In this document: piece by piece, positions 14,701-29,253 of the stretch | Layout: every line of letters begins with the position of its first letter | How positions within the stretch are numbered: the stretch's first letter is position 1 | Origin: Balanoglossus misakiensis | Lineage: Eukaryota > Animalia > Hemichordata | DNA: 64,000 bases | Assembly (NCBI GenBank): GCA_040954595.2 | Contig: CM082586.2 | Span: forward strand, 929,630 to 993,629 | Direction of reading: 5' to 3' | The notes under the pieces: model-generated | The model's database searches: none | What the model saw: only the letters and a program-made list of their open reading frames with translations | Told to the model about the DNA's origin: nothing | Made by a program: the position numbers and the translations under genes

Positions 14701-17700
14701 CCTTCAGACGTCTGGCGAGCTTGATGCGTTCAACTTCTTGAAAGTATCTGAGCAACCAGATTGTTATTGGTTGTGCAACTTTTCATGCATGTTTGTGTAA
14801 ATTTAGACACCAACAGAAAGGAAATTGGCCAAATTTATGCAGTAATTATTAGTAAACTACATAGAACTTGGTTAAATTACGTCAAATTATATCCTTTATA
14901 ATTCAGGCATTAAAATGATATTGTTTATTCATGAAACTAACTACAGGAAATCAGAAAAAATTGCAGTAATCATTGTACCGGGTATAACATGAGAGAAATC
15001 ACAATTTCCTTTGAAAAATTAATTTCAGCATTTAGCAGTTTTGTGTAATAAAATTCTTCGATATCATTTACAGATGATTCCTGACAACACACAGGAAATT
15101 GCATTCAATGTTTGAGGAAACAAATAATCCTTAGCATACAAAATTAGATATGTTGTCAATTTTGGAAATTTGCCATAAGTTTCGGAAATTACATGGGGAA
15201 ATTGGGCTTGAATGTGCTTGAGATCATGTAGTTCTGTTTCACTGTTTCCTCTGTGAAACCACCAGCCACCCTGAGTGTTGGTATCAAGCTTGCTTAAAGA
15301 AGTCGGCGTATTTGAAGGTGAGGTTGTGTCCGATATTCTCAGAGAAACTAGACAGAAAGTACATTGCTCCAGACATGTACACTTGACAGTTGTCGCAACT
15401 TTATCCCTTATGCGTGAAAGTCTATCCCGCGCCAAGTCTCGAATGTGTTGAAATTGCACGCTTTGCTCTGTTACTAAACATTGGCCAAAGAAAAACACCA
15501 TTATTCCCTTTGAGTTGACAGGACCAGAGGCTGTTGACAGCTGCATGCTTTCTTACCAGTATGTAATACCAGAGACCTAGTTTTAGCAGAATACCCAGTA
15601 GGCAGAAGTGTGTTCGTTTTTCTGTGACCTGTGAAATTCCTGCGTTTCGGTCAATTTCGCAAAAAAAGTGGCATTAAACCACTTTGGTGACCTGTTTTCC
15701 AGAGGCCGAATGTGTCTCGCAGTGCTGGTGTCCATATAAATGTTGCTGTGGTATTAAAATTGTGAAACGCAACAAAAATTGGTGAGTTTGTTGGACTAGA
15801 TCTGAAAAGGTCACATGATTTGTGGGAGGAGGGGGGGGGGGGGGGTTATCAGGTTCTGGTGTTAATGCGGATTCTGCTGATTCATGGGAACAATACTGTG
15901 TAATCCGGAAAGTCGCAGTGTGTGATCAATGAATAGTCTGACCAGATTAGTGGCCTGCTCTGGTCAATCCAGAATTGCTTCAACCCACCACCAGGTCCAG
16001 AAATAGCCGTCACATTGGCTGTTATTGGTGCTGAAATCCACTTTGAAGGTCAAAGCAATGTGGCCGGCTAAGAATATTAAAACTTTAATCGTCGCAAGAT
16101 TATCATCTTTCAGTGTTTGTTTGCTGGTGATAGCTCAGCAGGCCCAGACAAACTCTCCAAAATCAAACTTGGTTTGATAAATTTTGGTATAAGTTACATT
16201 GTAATCTTCATTTTAGTTTGCCAAAAATGAACCTCAAGCTCCTGCCAAACCAACGTACATGTGCAATTTACCTGGGTCACCTACATGTAGCTGACACAGT
16301 TCTCTGTAATAGCTTCTATTAGTGATATCTCCAAGTGTGACGTCTCAGAATCTCTGCTTTGTGAGATAAAGAGGAAGAAAGGTGTCCTAGATACAGGGGA
16401 GAGATACGACGTAGTAAATGACGTGGGAAACACCTTGGGAACGTGATTTACATTCTGGTGATAGCTTATACCTGTGAATTCAGGTGTTGAAATGTACTGG
16501 GTTCAGAGGTTACTGAAAGTCGATAGTTGTGTATGAAAACATGCCAACAAGATGTTTAGGGAAACCATCAGCAAACCAACTCGCTGCCAAAAGACAGAAC
16601 CAAGGCAGACAGAGACTGACCTGTCGTAAAAGAATCTTCATTGTCACACTTTCATGTCTGATCTGCAGGATTTATTGCGACTTTAGTTTTGGTCAAGAAT
16701 GATTTGGTTGAGAATGCCAGGCCAACAGTAGAGGTCACTTTTGACGTCCCAGATCCCCTCCCCCAGCACTTTGCATATAACTGGACATCCTGTCATCCGT
16801 GCATGGAGGACCTCCCCCTTAATCAGAAATGGAATTGCCCAGCGTACTGCATTTCCCAAGCGAATACATGAGTGTTGGGATAAGGTATTTGATAGCTTCT
16901 CACACTGGGACTGGTTTGAACACAGCTCTCAGAGACAGGATTGCTACCACTAGATACCATTTGTCTGTGTTATTCATGGCTTCTCTCTGGGGCTAACTTT
17001 TTCCTTACGCACATATACGAAGGAGCTGTTACTAACCGAGGGTAAAAGCATCCCAAAGAGGGGAAAAACAACGGGACCACTTTGCCATCTCATTCAGGTA
17101 TTGTTCATAGTCATAATAGAGCTAGCTCTCTCAGTACACGTTCTCCACCGACTGTTTGTCACAAACTGAAGTGTTTATGAACCAAGGTCTTTGTCAGATA
17201 AACGGAAGTTGTTGGCCGAAGTGTGCTGACCGTCAAAAACAAGATGCAAATGACCCTCAGAAGTGATTGACTCTGGTGTGTATGTATGCATGCCTCTCTC
17301 AAGTTAGGATTCAGTATCAGATTATGAGGGCTCTATCAAACAAGACTCTCAGGTCAGCGAAGTTTAAGTGATAGTCGATCACCACAGTAATAGAGGGAAT
17401 TTTCATTGCATGAATTGTGGCCTGTTGATTATTGTGTTGTATATTTGTATGAGGTGATTCTACAGGAGTGCTGTGATTTTCTGCCATACAAGAATATATG
17501 AAGAACAAATGTACAAGCACTCATTTGCTGACTGACAGAAAAGCCAATTTTACAAACACAAATGACATCTTTTGTTGATCTTCATGATTTTAACATGATG
17601 TCTGTACATGTATGTGATATTGCTCGCAAATGCTTGCCTGTAAATATCTGTTCACATGGAAATAGTCTACACACTCCAGTGATGGTCCATTCACCGGAAC

Positions 17701-20700
17701 ATACCGACGGCTTGTCTTACTGTGTCAAGTGAAAAACCCTGTGATCAGTGCATGGCCGGTATTTGGTGTCACTTTCAGCATCCATGCAATTACACTGTGA
17801 CGCATACAAATGGTTTTCCTTACACTCTGGTCCGGTCCAGCCACCAAGCTCTTGGGGGTGTGTTTAATTGTGGTAGGGGCAATCACCTATAACCAAAGTG
17901 GATGTAGTAACATTGGCCAATTAGGGTAATTAAAGAGATGACCGATTTCCTTCAGTGTACATTTGATACGCAATGTTGCATCATTAGTGGTGGGCCATAT
18001 GTTTCATGTCAAACTTGTTCTTTCCAAATTGAATGGTTCCTTTAAAGGGACACCATTGTATATAGCTGAATGTCATGATGCTGTAATGTAGACAAGATTA
18101 GGAAGAAAGTAAGATGATCGTTGTATGGAAGAGGCTCTGCCACAAACAAAATGAAACAGTTTATTCTAAACCGGTCAATTCAAAGGAATTCAGGAATTTT
18201 TGCATCCTGTTTTCGCGTCAGACTTTTCCAGTTATCAGGACCAGAGCTGGAAGTCATCAGCAAATGTTATCAGCAGAGATTTTTAAATGGCATTTCCGCA
18301 ACGAATTACTTGCCCATCAGACACATGGTTTGGTCGCAACAGTTACATTGTGTATATAGATGTAGATCATCCACATACAGCAGAAGTAGCACACAGAAGT
18401 AGCAATTAAACCACAGGGAAAGAAGAAAGATATATTTTGATTTCATCGTAGGCGTTACGCAGGATTTTGACCCCAGTAACAACGATTATGAGAAGCATCC
18501 TGCTGTAAGGTCACATGAAGCTGTGAGGGCAGCAGTATAGGAATGGCATATCACCTTTTCAAACTGATCTGCTCAGTGCAAACGTCATGTGAGATTATAG
18601 GTTTCATAAATTGGTTCTGTTTCGGCTTCACATTACATCAGTCTGGTATTTCTGCTCGTATCCAACAGTACCTAACTTTCTCCCTTTTTTACTTTCATTC
18701 TTTATTCTACCAGGAAAGGATGTACTATACACAAAACAAAAATACTGAAAAAATAAAACTAGCGATTACAGACAGTGGCCCTTTAATACAGAAAAGTACT
18801 GAGTACTTTCACATCAGGAATGTCCATATAATCTGTGCCAGTCTACACCTAATTAAGTCATAAACTTCCAACATGTCATAAAAAATTCATGGCAGCCATC
18901 CCCTGCAAAGCTGTCTCCACCACATCTGACCTTAGAGAGACCCAAGTTTAAGGTCACATAACTGACAACATTGATTTCACATCCAGCAACTGAGCAGACA
19001 CATGTCTCATTAATACAGTTGTTGGTTGCTCTGTAGTATACCCTGATTTGGACGACACACTTCTGAACGGGCTGCATAATTATCATACGCGGACTGTTTG
19101 TGCAACCTGGAAAGATTAAGACCATAAATTCCTTCCCAAGTGCAGACAGAGACAAGAATTTCACATCTGATTAACTCTCAATGGTGGATTTATGTTGATT
19201 GCCCATGTGGTTTTCATCGAGAGTCCCTTATAAGAGTAGGAGTGTCGTTGACTTGATAATAAAGCATGCCCACTCGGAGATGCAAGTCAGAGAGAGAGTG
19301 TAAGATCAGAGTTGGCATCATTAGGGCAGTTATAGCTTTTATGAACGCACGTCATATTGGAGCCCATCGCTGCTGAACGACTGAAATCGTGACAACTGCA
19401 TCAAAGTCGTGATGTAAACTAGATACTTCAGTCTCTCTCATGGCAAATAAAATGCTTGCAAATAGGCAGTATAGACTCACATGTTGGCAAGATGTTGAGA
19501 TCAGACAGCTAATGGCAAATTTCACGACTTTTATGAAGTCCTTATTCTTTGTCAAATAACACACATGAGAAATCTGTTGTGAGAGGAGTTCATCTTGATC
19601 TATATAATTTACATGTAGTTAGAAAATATCAAAGAGAGAAAATATAGAGCTTCACTTTACGCATACCTTAAGAGTGGTTTTAATCGCTGAGAAGTGGGTT
19701 CAAGCTGGATGGTATAAAGGAGGCTTAAAGAGGTGCCACAGTCAATCTCTTGTCTGCAATTCAATTTAAACCCAGTTGATTTTAATTTGCTGCTAGAGAT
19801 GTGTGTAGTCTCATAAATATTGTGCAAATAACATTTCTGTCTTTCTAGATTGAGTATATTGCAGATAATAAACTGCATTTCGAATGGTTGATGAATATCT
19901 TGTGAGAACAATCTAGCACTCAAGAAGAGGATACGCTCTACTTTCTACAAATTGTCTAATTTTGAAGAAAAAAAGACGGATAAGACCAAAGGCATGTGAT
20001 ACGTCAAAGATAAATGCAGTTTCATTGAGTGATGAGCATACTGGATAAGAAAAATTCTATTTAGCGTCAGTGACAAGACATTTTGGAGCCAGTAAATGGT
20101 TTTATCAGAAAAACGGACTCCGTGAGTACTCTATCTTTAGACTAATATCCCTACAATTCACTGAAGATTTCTGTGCTGATAGCTAATCTTTTAACCTGGT
20201 AGAGACTTGCCAATGTACTTGGCTCCCGTCGGAATGCAGTCAGTGAATTATAGTCACGTTTTGTCCATTAGTGCTGAGGTTAACCCTTTATCTTGGCTCC
20301 ACTAGAAATTTGTCTTAAAGCCCCACATACACGTACATGTAGCTGTGTAAAATTATTTATTATTGAACAGTGGTTCTTCATTCTTTCTGAAGGGTTCGTG
20401 GCAGTTATGAGAAAGAATTTGCTCATTTATGTTTATGATACTCGCCAGAGTATTGGCAAATCTGCCATTAACCGTAATCCCTGTAATTGATAATCGTTTC
20501 TTATCAAAGTCGTATCTGCTTACACAGTGCTTGTTTTTCGCTGTGCTTGAGTGTTATGTCAAGTGTCTGAATGTCTTGCACAACAGTTGTAAACTATAAA
20601 CTGCACCAAAAATGTGACAAAAGCACATCCAAGAGGGCGTGCATATTTCTGTTACCAATCTTGCACCCAAATCTCACAGACACAGTGTCTCTGGATATCA

Positions 20701-23700
20701 AGTGTATATGCCATAAAACGTCTACAGTCTTGAGGGGTTTTAAAAGAAACCAATCTAGGGAGTCCACTGACCATAAATAATCAGCCTTCCAGATAATCAT
20801 AGTCGAGATGAACTCAGATGACCCCTGCTTTCAATTAGGGATACCCCAGAGGGTATAGGAGGGACTACCAATAAAAAAAATCACGTTTTGTGATAGATGG
20901 GGGCTGTGTCACAAAGTTAACTGTAGTTTTCAACAATATTGTTTTTCTTTGGTGTGAGATGGTGTACCAATAAGTTGGCTGTCCTACACTCAGATACACA
21001 ATATAACTTCATAAGGCTGGCCTTGACTTTTTCTGGGCTGGGCCTGGTCAATATCTTGATACCCACTAGGAACATTGTGAGCACTCTCTAAGGAAGCCAT
21101 GAGTGATGGAATCATACTCAAAAGGAAAATCACAGAATACTGGGATTTCATTGACATGCAAAACTGAGTGTAAAAGTCATTTGTGAAGGGCTCTGATCTC
21201 TGCCAAGATTTCACAAGTAAATCACATAGACTCCTTAATTGACAAAACATCCATTAGTACAGCGACTGCAGCTGAAAACACCACAAATGGATAGTTTACA
21301 GTCATCTCATAATTCTCGTCTGATTATTCTGATATCAGACAAATGTGTGTCGTTTATTGATCAATGGAGAGCACATTGCAAAGTGACTAACCATTGAGTC
21401 TTAGGGAGGGTCGTCATGTACAATGTGGGATCAGCAATCAGTTTTTAGGTGGAAGTGGTTCATTGCTCATCAAAGGAGGGGTTAATTGCAATGTGGTAGA
21501 TGACTACCACCAGGGGGCCAATTACCCTAAGCAAGGGTCAAACAATGGTGTCTGGACAGAACTCTCAAGGGACTGGTGATTAATTATGGTGAGAGGGGGG
21601 CATATAATGATCCTTCTGAGGGGAACTTTACAGTGGAATCAAGGACAGCTTTTAAACAGGATGCATCATTAAACTGGGATAATTTTTACTGAAATGCGAT
21701 TCACGGAGACTCTTAGTTTCATTTGGGTCACCTCTAGCTCTGTTTGAACTTTTTGCAAGTTTGTATGTCATATAAAGTTGATGTTTGATTTATCATTTGA
21801 TCAACTGATTGAACACTGAATGGAATAACTTGCTGACTAGCTGGTTCACTTTTTGATCTACTGCATCAATTGGCCAACTAATCTTGTTGAACTTGTCACC
21901 TACTGAGAAATGAATGAACAGGTTGCCTTAAAAGAACTGGTGTGTACATTTGCAGAGCTGTGAATTATTATTCTGTCAGATATGAAATGAGTAGATCAAA
22001 CACCTCTTCAGTAAACAGCCTGTCCCAAACACAAATGTGGGCGTTGGCCAGAATGCTTTGTCAAGTAGTATATACACTCTGAGTAACACCTGTACGAGGA
22101 CACAGCTAGAGTTTACTCGACCTCTGCCATAGACCAAACAAGATGAAGCCCAGCCCTGTTTCAGACGAAAAAAGAAAACAAACCCACTTTGATTTATAAG
22201 CAGATTCGTGCCAAGTAATACAGGATGACCCATCGTGGGATCACGTGCCACAAAAAATTGTGGTCAAATATTTCCTGCGTGTGCCAATGCATGTTTGGTC
22301 AGGGTTCCAGAAGAAATGACCAAAAATTGGTGACGTTAACATTTTCATGACTGTCTGGATCCCCTCTTTTCCAGGCTTGTATGTGAAGTCAACAACTGCT
22401 TGTAAAAGGGCGGTGTATAAGCACATTGATTGGCCAATTGACGGTTACCGTAACCACGGTTGTTGACGGATCACTCCACTGTCAACAGAACTCCCAGACA
22501 TCAAACAGATCGTTCTGCAAAGTGCAAATAGCAGTCAGAGTTTTTACAACTATTGAATAGTTAGATTGGCAGGGTGTGTACATGTACACATACCCACCAG
22601 GGTAAATGGTCTGTTATCGGTTGTCCCTATCTTCATAAGTCTAGTGCTCTCATGCAGCCATCATGAATTTGAACTCAACGTGAGGCCAATTGGGAAGTGA
22701 TTGGTCAAGGAGAATGAGTGTAATGTGTGAGTTGGGATTTTCGTGGTCTTGAAGATTCAAAATGATGTGATTAAGAAACAATCAAAGCAAAGGAAATCTG
22801 CCATTCTGTATTCTGTCAACCTGTCTTGTCTTGGGGAGTTAAGTTCATACTCAGCCCAACAACGGCATGAGTCTCTGCATGTGGCCTGTATTTATTTCTC
22901 CTAAGTGGCGCTCTTCAAGAAAACAAATATTTTTGTCAAAAAAATACAAACAATAAACAGTCGAGGTGACCTGAATACCAGAGTTTGAGAGGATTGATAT
23001 TATGTGCACTAGGCAAAGCAAAAATGCCCAAATCCTCAACATGTATGGTTGTACATGTATGTTCTTGTCCTGCTAACTGTGTGTTGATGTATGCTAGCTG
23101 TGCGAGTCAATCAGTTGAGGTATGATCTTGGTGCCACACATGCCCAGAGCACAGGTCTACGTGCGGGGTGCTTCCTGTCCAACCTAAGTGGGGTATAACT
23201 CAACAGTTAATCCCACGTCGGTGGCACAACCAATCTGAACACCCGCTGTTATCAATAAACAACTGATCTTGCTCACCTCTGCAAAAAATTCTATCAAGTG
23301 GGGAGTACTCGGTTCAGATACCATTGCTATGCGATCACTGTTTATGTGTCGTGAAAACAAAATCATAAAATAACAGCAACAAGAAATACAGCAGTACTCA
23401 GAGGCTTTAACCGTCGAGGTATTTATAGGTATTTATAAGCCTGACCAACATGTTTGCTGTTTCGAAGACAAACACAGTTTGAGTTCCACAAATCGGCTGG
23501 ATTTTATCACTCTGCCTGATCTCCCGGGATGCTGTTGTGGTTTCACAGGCTTTGAAGTACAAATATGCTTCCTGGGTGTAGTTCCAACATTCACACAGTT
23601 TGCATACATGTTTCCTTCTCATCAGATGGTATATTTTCCTGAAATGTTCTGGTTACAAAGTGGTGAAAACTTCCTGACAAGAGTGTGTTGTCCTGATTTG

Positions 23701-23939
23701 GGACAAAACAGTAACAGGTTGCCGGGCGTGGTTGAACTGGTTAGAACCAAAACCAGAAAATAGGAAGTGAAACTCTTAGAGTGATAAAAAACAAGTCACT
23801 ACAAACTGCTTTGGCAGGAAACAGATCACATGAATCAGTCTCGTATATCACATCCTTGAAATACCTTCTGTAAGAAAAATGTATTTTGTTTTCTTCCAGA
23901 TCACTCTTAAAATAACAGCTCATGCATAGGTGACCAAAG

Positions 23940-26900
23940 ATGCAACTGCAGTTTCTATCACTGCTTCATCTCCTAGCAACAGCCTTGTCCGTAGTCTACC
24001 TGCTCAGTGCCGTCGGCTCGGATGCAGCCTCAGACCGTGGCAGCCGATACCGGGATAAGCCATCACGGATGCTCAGTCCCTCCCGGAAAGCCAGCAAAAG
24101 AAACTGGAGCAGCAAGCCCAATGTGGTGGTGGTGTTAACAGACGATCAGGACGTTTTATTGGGTAAGCATGGTGTCTCCAAGAGTGGCTAAGAATCCATG
24201 CTGGCAGGTGTATTATGGCTGAACTAAGAAAAGCCAGGATTGATTTTAGACCACTTTGAATCCTTCCAATGATAATCAGCTGTTAAAACTGTATACAATA
24301 CAAAGGTAAGAATGTATACTTTCACGCTAGCTCTAATACTGATAACTATTTTCACTTTACAGGTTCAATGGACGTTATGAATAAAACCCGCCACATTCTA
24401 GCCAAAGGAGGTGCCACCTTTTCTAACGCCTTTGTGACCACCCCCATGTGCTGCCCTTCAAGGAGTACTATTTTGACGGGACTTCACACGCATAATCATG
24501 AAGTCTACACCAATAATGAGCACTGCGGATCGCTGAGTTGGAGACGGGGCCCTGAGACGAGAACGTTTGCAACTCACTTGCAGAGGAACAGTTACAGAAC
24601 TGGTGAGAATGAGACATTAACTTCCTTGAAGGACATGTTAAATCCTCATTTCTTTGCACTGAAAACTTATATATTTTGCTCAATTACGCTTGAAAGATGT
24701 CCACACTCATGAAATGCTACGTCAGACAATTTATAACATCTGTCAGACACACACACTCTGCCAGGATCTATTATTGTGTATCTTTGACTAGAAGCCAAAT
24801 CACATGTCACTGTTATCAATGCCAACAAAAACATATGTCTCTCATCATTGGTTTCGCACTGCCTCATTGTTTGGCACTTGTTACCCTGGCAATTCCTTGA
24901 CCTCTTGACCTCTCCCTGGGAGGAAGTGACACTGGTTTCGTGCCACCCGCGACAGATAAACAATTAACTGAAATGTCTTCTCAGGCCCAGATAACTGACA
25001 GCTTAGTGACATGGCCTGTGAAACGTTAAGAGAGGGGTACTTAAAAAGCTGAAAGAGAGCCAAATTGCCATGGTAACATAGTCCCCCGAAGGATGATAGC
25101 CTCAACCCAGAAGAGTGTCAGACAGTCACTGACAGTTATAGTGGACAAGACTCGAATCATAAATCAAGAATAGAAAGCAGACAGTGATAACAACATTTTA
25201 TGACATCCGCTAACATACACATGGAAGGCATCCAAGGAACCATTGATGTATAAACTGAAATAAAACATACTGTCACCTGTGCTGTAAACAAGCGATATAA
25301 AAATCCTACATCATCGTTTGTAGTTGAAATCTTATTTTGAATCTACATGTCTTCTATTACTTTTGACAGGTTATTTTGGGAAATATTTAAACACATACAA
25401 TGGTACCTACGTCCCGCCTGGTTGGATGGAATGGGTGGGGCTTATACGAAATTCCAGGTTTTACGACTATTCTATCAATCGGAATGGGAATAGGATCAAA
25501 CATGGAAATGATTATTACAAGTAAGTGTTTTGTTAGCATGGATATATTTTCCAGAATTTTATTTTCTCTAAACTAAAATATAGCTTCCATTTAAGTTGAT
25601 GAGTGTGCACGGTATAAGTTAGCTTATGGGATTTTGTAACCCATTGAAGTTCTTTGAAATCACCAGAAATACATTGGAATGTCACAGAAGATTGCATGCT
25701 TTTAGAGTGGAGTGAATCCTGAATAAACCAGACCTATTCAGCTAACATGGATGCCAGTCAGCCACAGTGTATTGCATTGCAAAACCAATTCATATTTATC
25801 TGTGGTTGTAGTGCATTGTCTTTGTGTGGGGATATCTCTGATAACTGAGGCATTCTGTGTTTTCATTGCAGAGATTATCTAACAGACCTTATAGCCAACG
25901 ATAGCATGACATTCTTCAAGCTTTCAAAACAAGTTTATCCCACCAGACCAGTTGCCATTGTGTTATCCATGCCAGCGCCACACGGGCCAGAAGATACGGC
26001 TCCACAGTACCAGCACATGTTTCCAGGGGTCATGACCCATAGGTATGTTTCCATGGTGATGTGTAGGCAATTTGGTTGGCTTTCTCTTGGATAATCCTGC
26101 TGCAAGATGACAGTACAAGTGTGATTGTTCAACAGTTATGTATAATGGAGTTATCAATCATATTTTTGCAATGTTTCTCTCTGAAGTTTTCTCTCTGTTA
26201 TCACCAGATGAAGCTTGAATGTACTACATGTAGTATCATCTATTGAGTGCAGTTTTGGTTGGGATGTAATGACACTGTTGGTGATTGATAACGATGACGA
26301 CGATGATGATGATGATGATGATGATGATTCTAGCATAGTAACAACAACAATCATTATTTTTTCAGAACCGAGACATGGAACGTTGCACCCAACCCGGATA
26401 AACATTGGATATTTCAGTACACAGGCAAAATGTCACCCCAACAGATTGCATTTACGGATATTTTACAACAAAAACGACTTCAGACATTACTTTCAGTTGA
26501 TGATGCAGTAGAAAAGGTACAAAACTTCAATTCTTTTGCATGAACAAGATTCATGTTATCAAATAGCATTGTTTAAAAAAGGAATCATCAATTTTTACAA
26601 CTTGGAAATTATTTGGCTTTACTTTTGCAGGTTTATAATATGCTAAAAGACATGGATGAACTTGACAACACGTTTATCCTGTTCACATCGGATCATGGAT
26701 ACCATGCGGGGCAGTGGGGTCTGGTCAAGGGCAAGTCTATGCCTTATGACACTGATACAAGGGTCCCGTTCTATATCAGGGGACCCAATGTTCCACCAGG
26801 CATTGTGTAAGTACTGTTACTACAGATCTTCATCTAGACTGTCAGTATAATTTCAGTTTTTAGGCATCTTTTAGGCAGAGAATACTTTGTGATTTCTCAT

Positions 26901-29190
26901 AGCTTCATTTCGATTTGTGTTTCACTCTTCAGAACTGATAATAATAATCTCTGTTCTTTTCTACAGCATAGACAATATTGTGCTGAACATTGACATTGCT
27001 CCGACCATTCTTGACATGGCTGGAGTGAAAATCCCTCAAGATATGGACGGGAAATCGGTGCTTAAGTTAATATTCAATGGCAATGGAACAAGGTAAGGGA
27101 TTGGAGAATGTATAATCGACCACTTGTGAACATTGCTGAACATTTTGTAAACAACGAGACTCTTACAAAATAGGATCTAAAGCCAGAGTTCTCACCAGAC
27201 TCTTGACTGAATGAAAAACACTTGAAGAAGTTATGAAAATTTGGTGACTTTTTCAGAGACAAATCAAATGGAAAGAAGAAGAAAAGTTGGAGAGACACAT
27301 TTCTGATTGAAAGAGGGTAAATAAAAATCATAAATTTCACTTTTATCAAGTTACTTTTTTTTCTTTTCTTTTCACTTCAGGCATGCATGCAATGTCAGCA
27401 CAGTGAGACAGTAACTGTAACTTGTAGAACTTGTTTGTTTGTGTGTCTGTACCATTGTGGTCTGATCATTGGGTTGTGTTATTGTTCTGTTCTATTGTGT
27501 TTTCATGTGAAGCCAAAGCTGTTCACACTTTCTTGCTTGTTTTCATAATGTCTAAGCCACCAGTTACTTTCCGACAATGTCCTTCTTGTCACATATATTT
27601 CTCGTGAAACTCTCTTCTTTTTTTAATACAATATTTGAATTTTAAATATGTTCCATCACCCCAAGTAATGCATGTCTATAGGGGGTTCTTATTCCATACA
27701 TGTATCTGTCAACAAAATTATCACGCACCGAATTATCTGATGTATATTGCAAACAAAAACATGCTTGTTTTCTCAGTAAAAAGTCTTTGCTCGTATACAA
27801 AATTGCACGCACGGCCAAGATCAGCTTGGTGCAAAAGGTATAATAAATAATCAGGCAAGCTCTGACAAACTGAACATTTCATCAGATGTGTCAGCTACAT
27901 CTTATGTAAAGGTCTGAAGTTTTGATCACGGCAGTCAGCATCTCTGTTCTATGTGTCTACAATACAGTTTCATGCTTAAAGTCTTAATGTTCTTTGTAAT
28001 CGTGCCATGATTCTGTGTTGTTTATACACATCTCACCCATTGTCTTGTCTTTTAACAGATTCTACAGAACTACATCTAGGTATAAACATGTATATATACT
28101 ATGTGTCTCTTTAGACTGCAAGTTGTCACTTTTCCGTGTTGTGGTGTTTTGCTTTGTAGCAAAAGGTCGTAATGACCCATATTCTAGTTTTCAATCAGTC
28201 TGTATATGCACAGATTGATGTGAGTTTTAGAGAAAAAAGTACTCTTCTTTCAGAGTTCAGTTAAAGGCACAGTAGCTATTATTTTTGATATTTTTTAAAT
28301 TATTTTTTGTTCTGTGTGTCACCTGCAATTTCTTGTTCTTATTTTTTTTTTAATTACTTCGTCTGCCCAGGTGTTGAATCCAGGTATTGTGTGAATCATC
28401 ATTTTAGCATTTTGGTCCGGATGCATTTGACTTCCATTGTCATAGCTTTTACTTTTTTCAGTTATTAATAAATGTTTTATTCGTTTGCTTTGTTTTACAC
28501 ACATTTATGTGTGAGTTCTATTCTTGTTTATCCTCTTGTGAATACGTTTGTTATTTTTCAGGTAATTCTCTCTTCTGTCTTCAATCTCTCCACTTTGCAA
28601 AATGTTTGTAATATATTTCAGTGTGTGTCACGAGAATTTGAACACACACATGCACAGTAAATTTTACCCTAGGTTCAAAATGCAACTTTGTAACCATGGT
28701 GATTTCTCTGTCTTTTTGTTTATATGCAGGAGAAAGGAAGAGTCTATAAATTCCAATTATTTGCCGAAAGATGAGAGGATGAGGGAAGAATGCTCAAAGC
28801 CAGAATTCCAGTCGCCATGTCAACCAGACCAGGTAAGCACAAATGGGTTTTCATTCTTCTGAACTTCACTTCATGATACAGAAGCTCTGATTACAGTTTG
28901 TTAACAAGTGAGGTGAACACTGCATCAGTCATTGACACTTTTTTTCGAATTTCTAATTAGCTCAAAGAATGCGTGGATGATAACGGCCAATTACGGATGA
29001 GGAAATGCCGTCAGCCACGGAAAAATAAAGAAAGGAAGAAAAAGAGACGGAAATGTCAATGTAATCGTAGCAGTCTCAGCAAAAAGGAGAAAAAATCACA
29101 GCGTCAGTTTTTGAGAGCACATATTACTCAAGGTAAGTTGTAAGATACAATGAATGACACCATGATCTTTGTAGTGAATAGCAATTGTAT

Positions 29191-29253
<63 letters not shown>

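Noticed and set aside
15064-15546. 160-aa minus-strand ORF
   Set aside because: No domain similarity or exon structure; consistent with a chance ORF in a long intron.
26154-26511. Poly-Ser and poly-Asp ORFs
   Set aside because: Translations of the intronic GAT microsatellite; the real exon 26366-26516 is in a different frame.
27777-27837. Apparent extra Sulf exon ([20 protein letters not shown])
   Set aside because: 61 nt, ending in phase 0 whereas the next exon needs phase 2. It would frameshift, and the model is complete without it.
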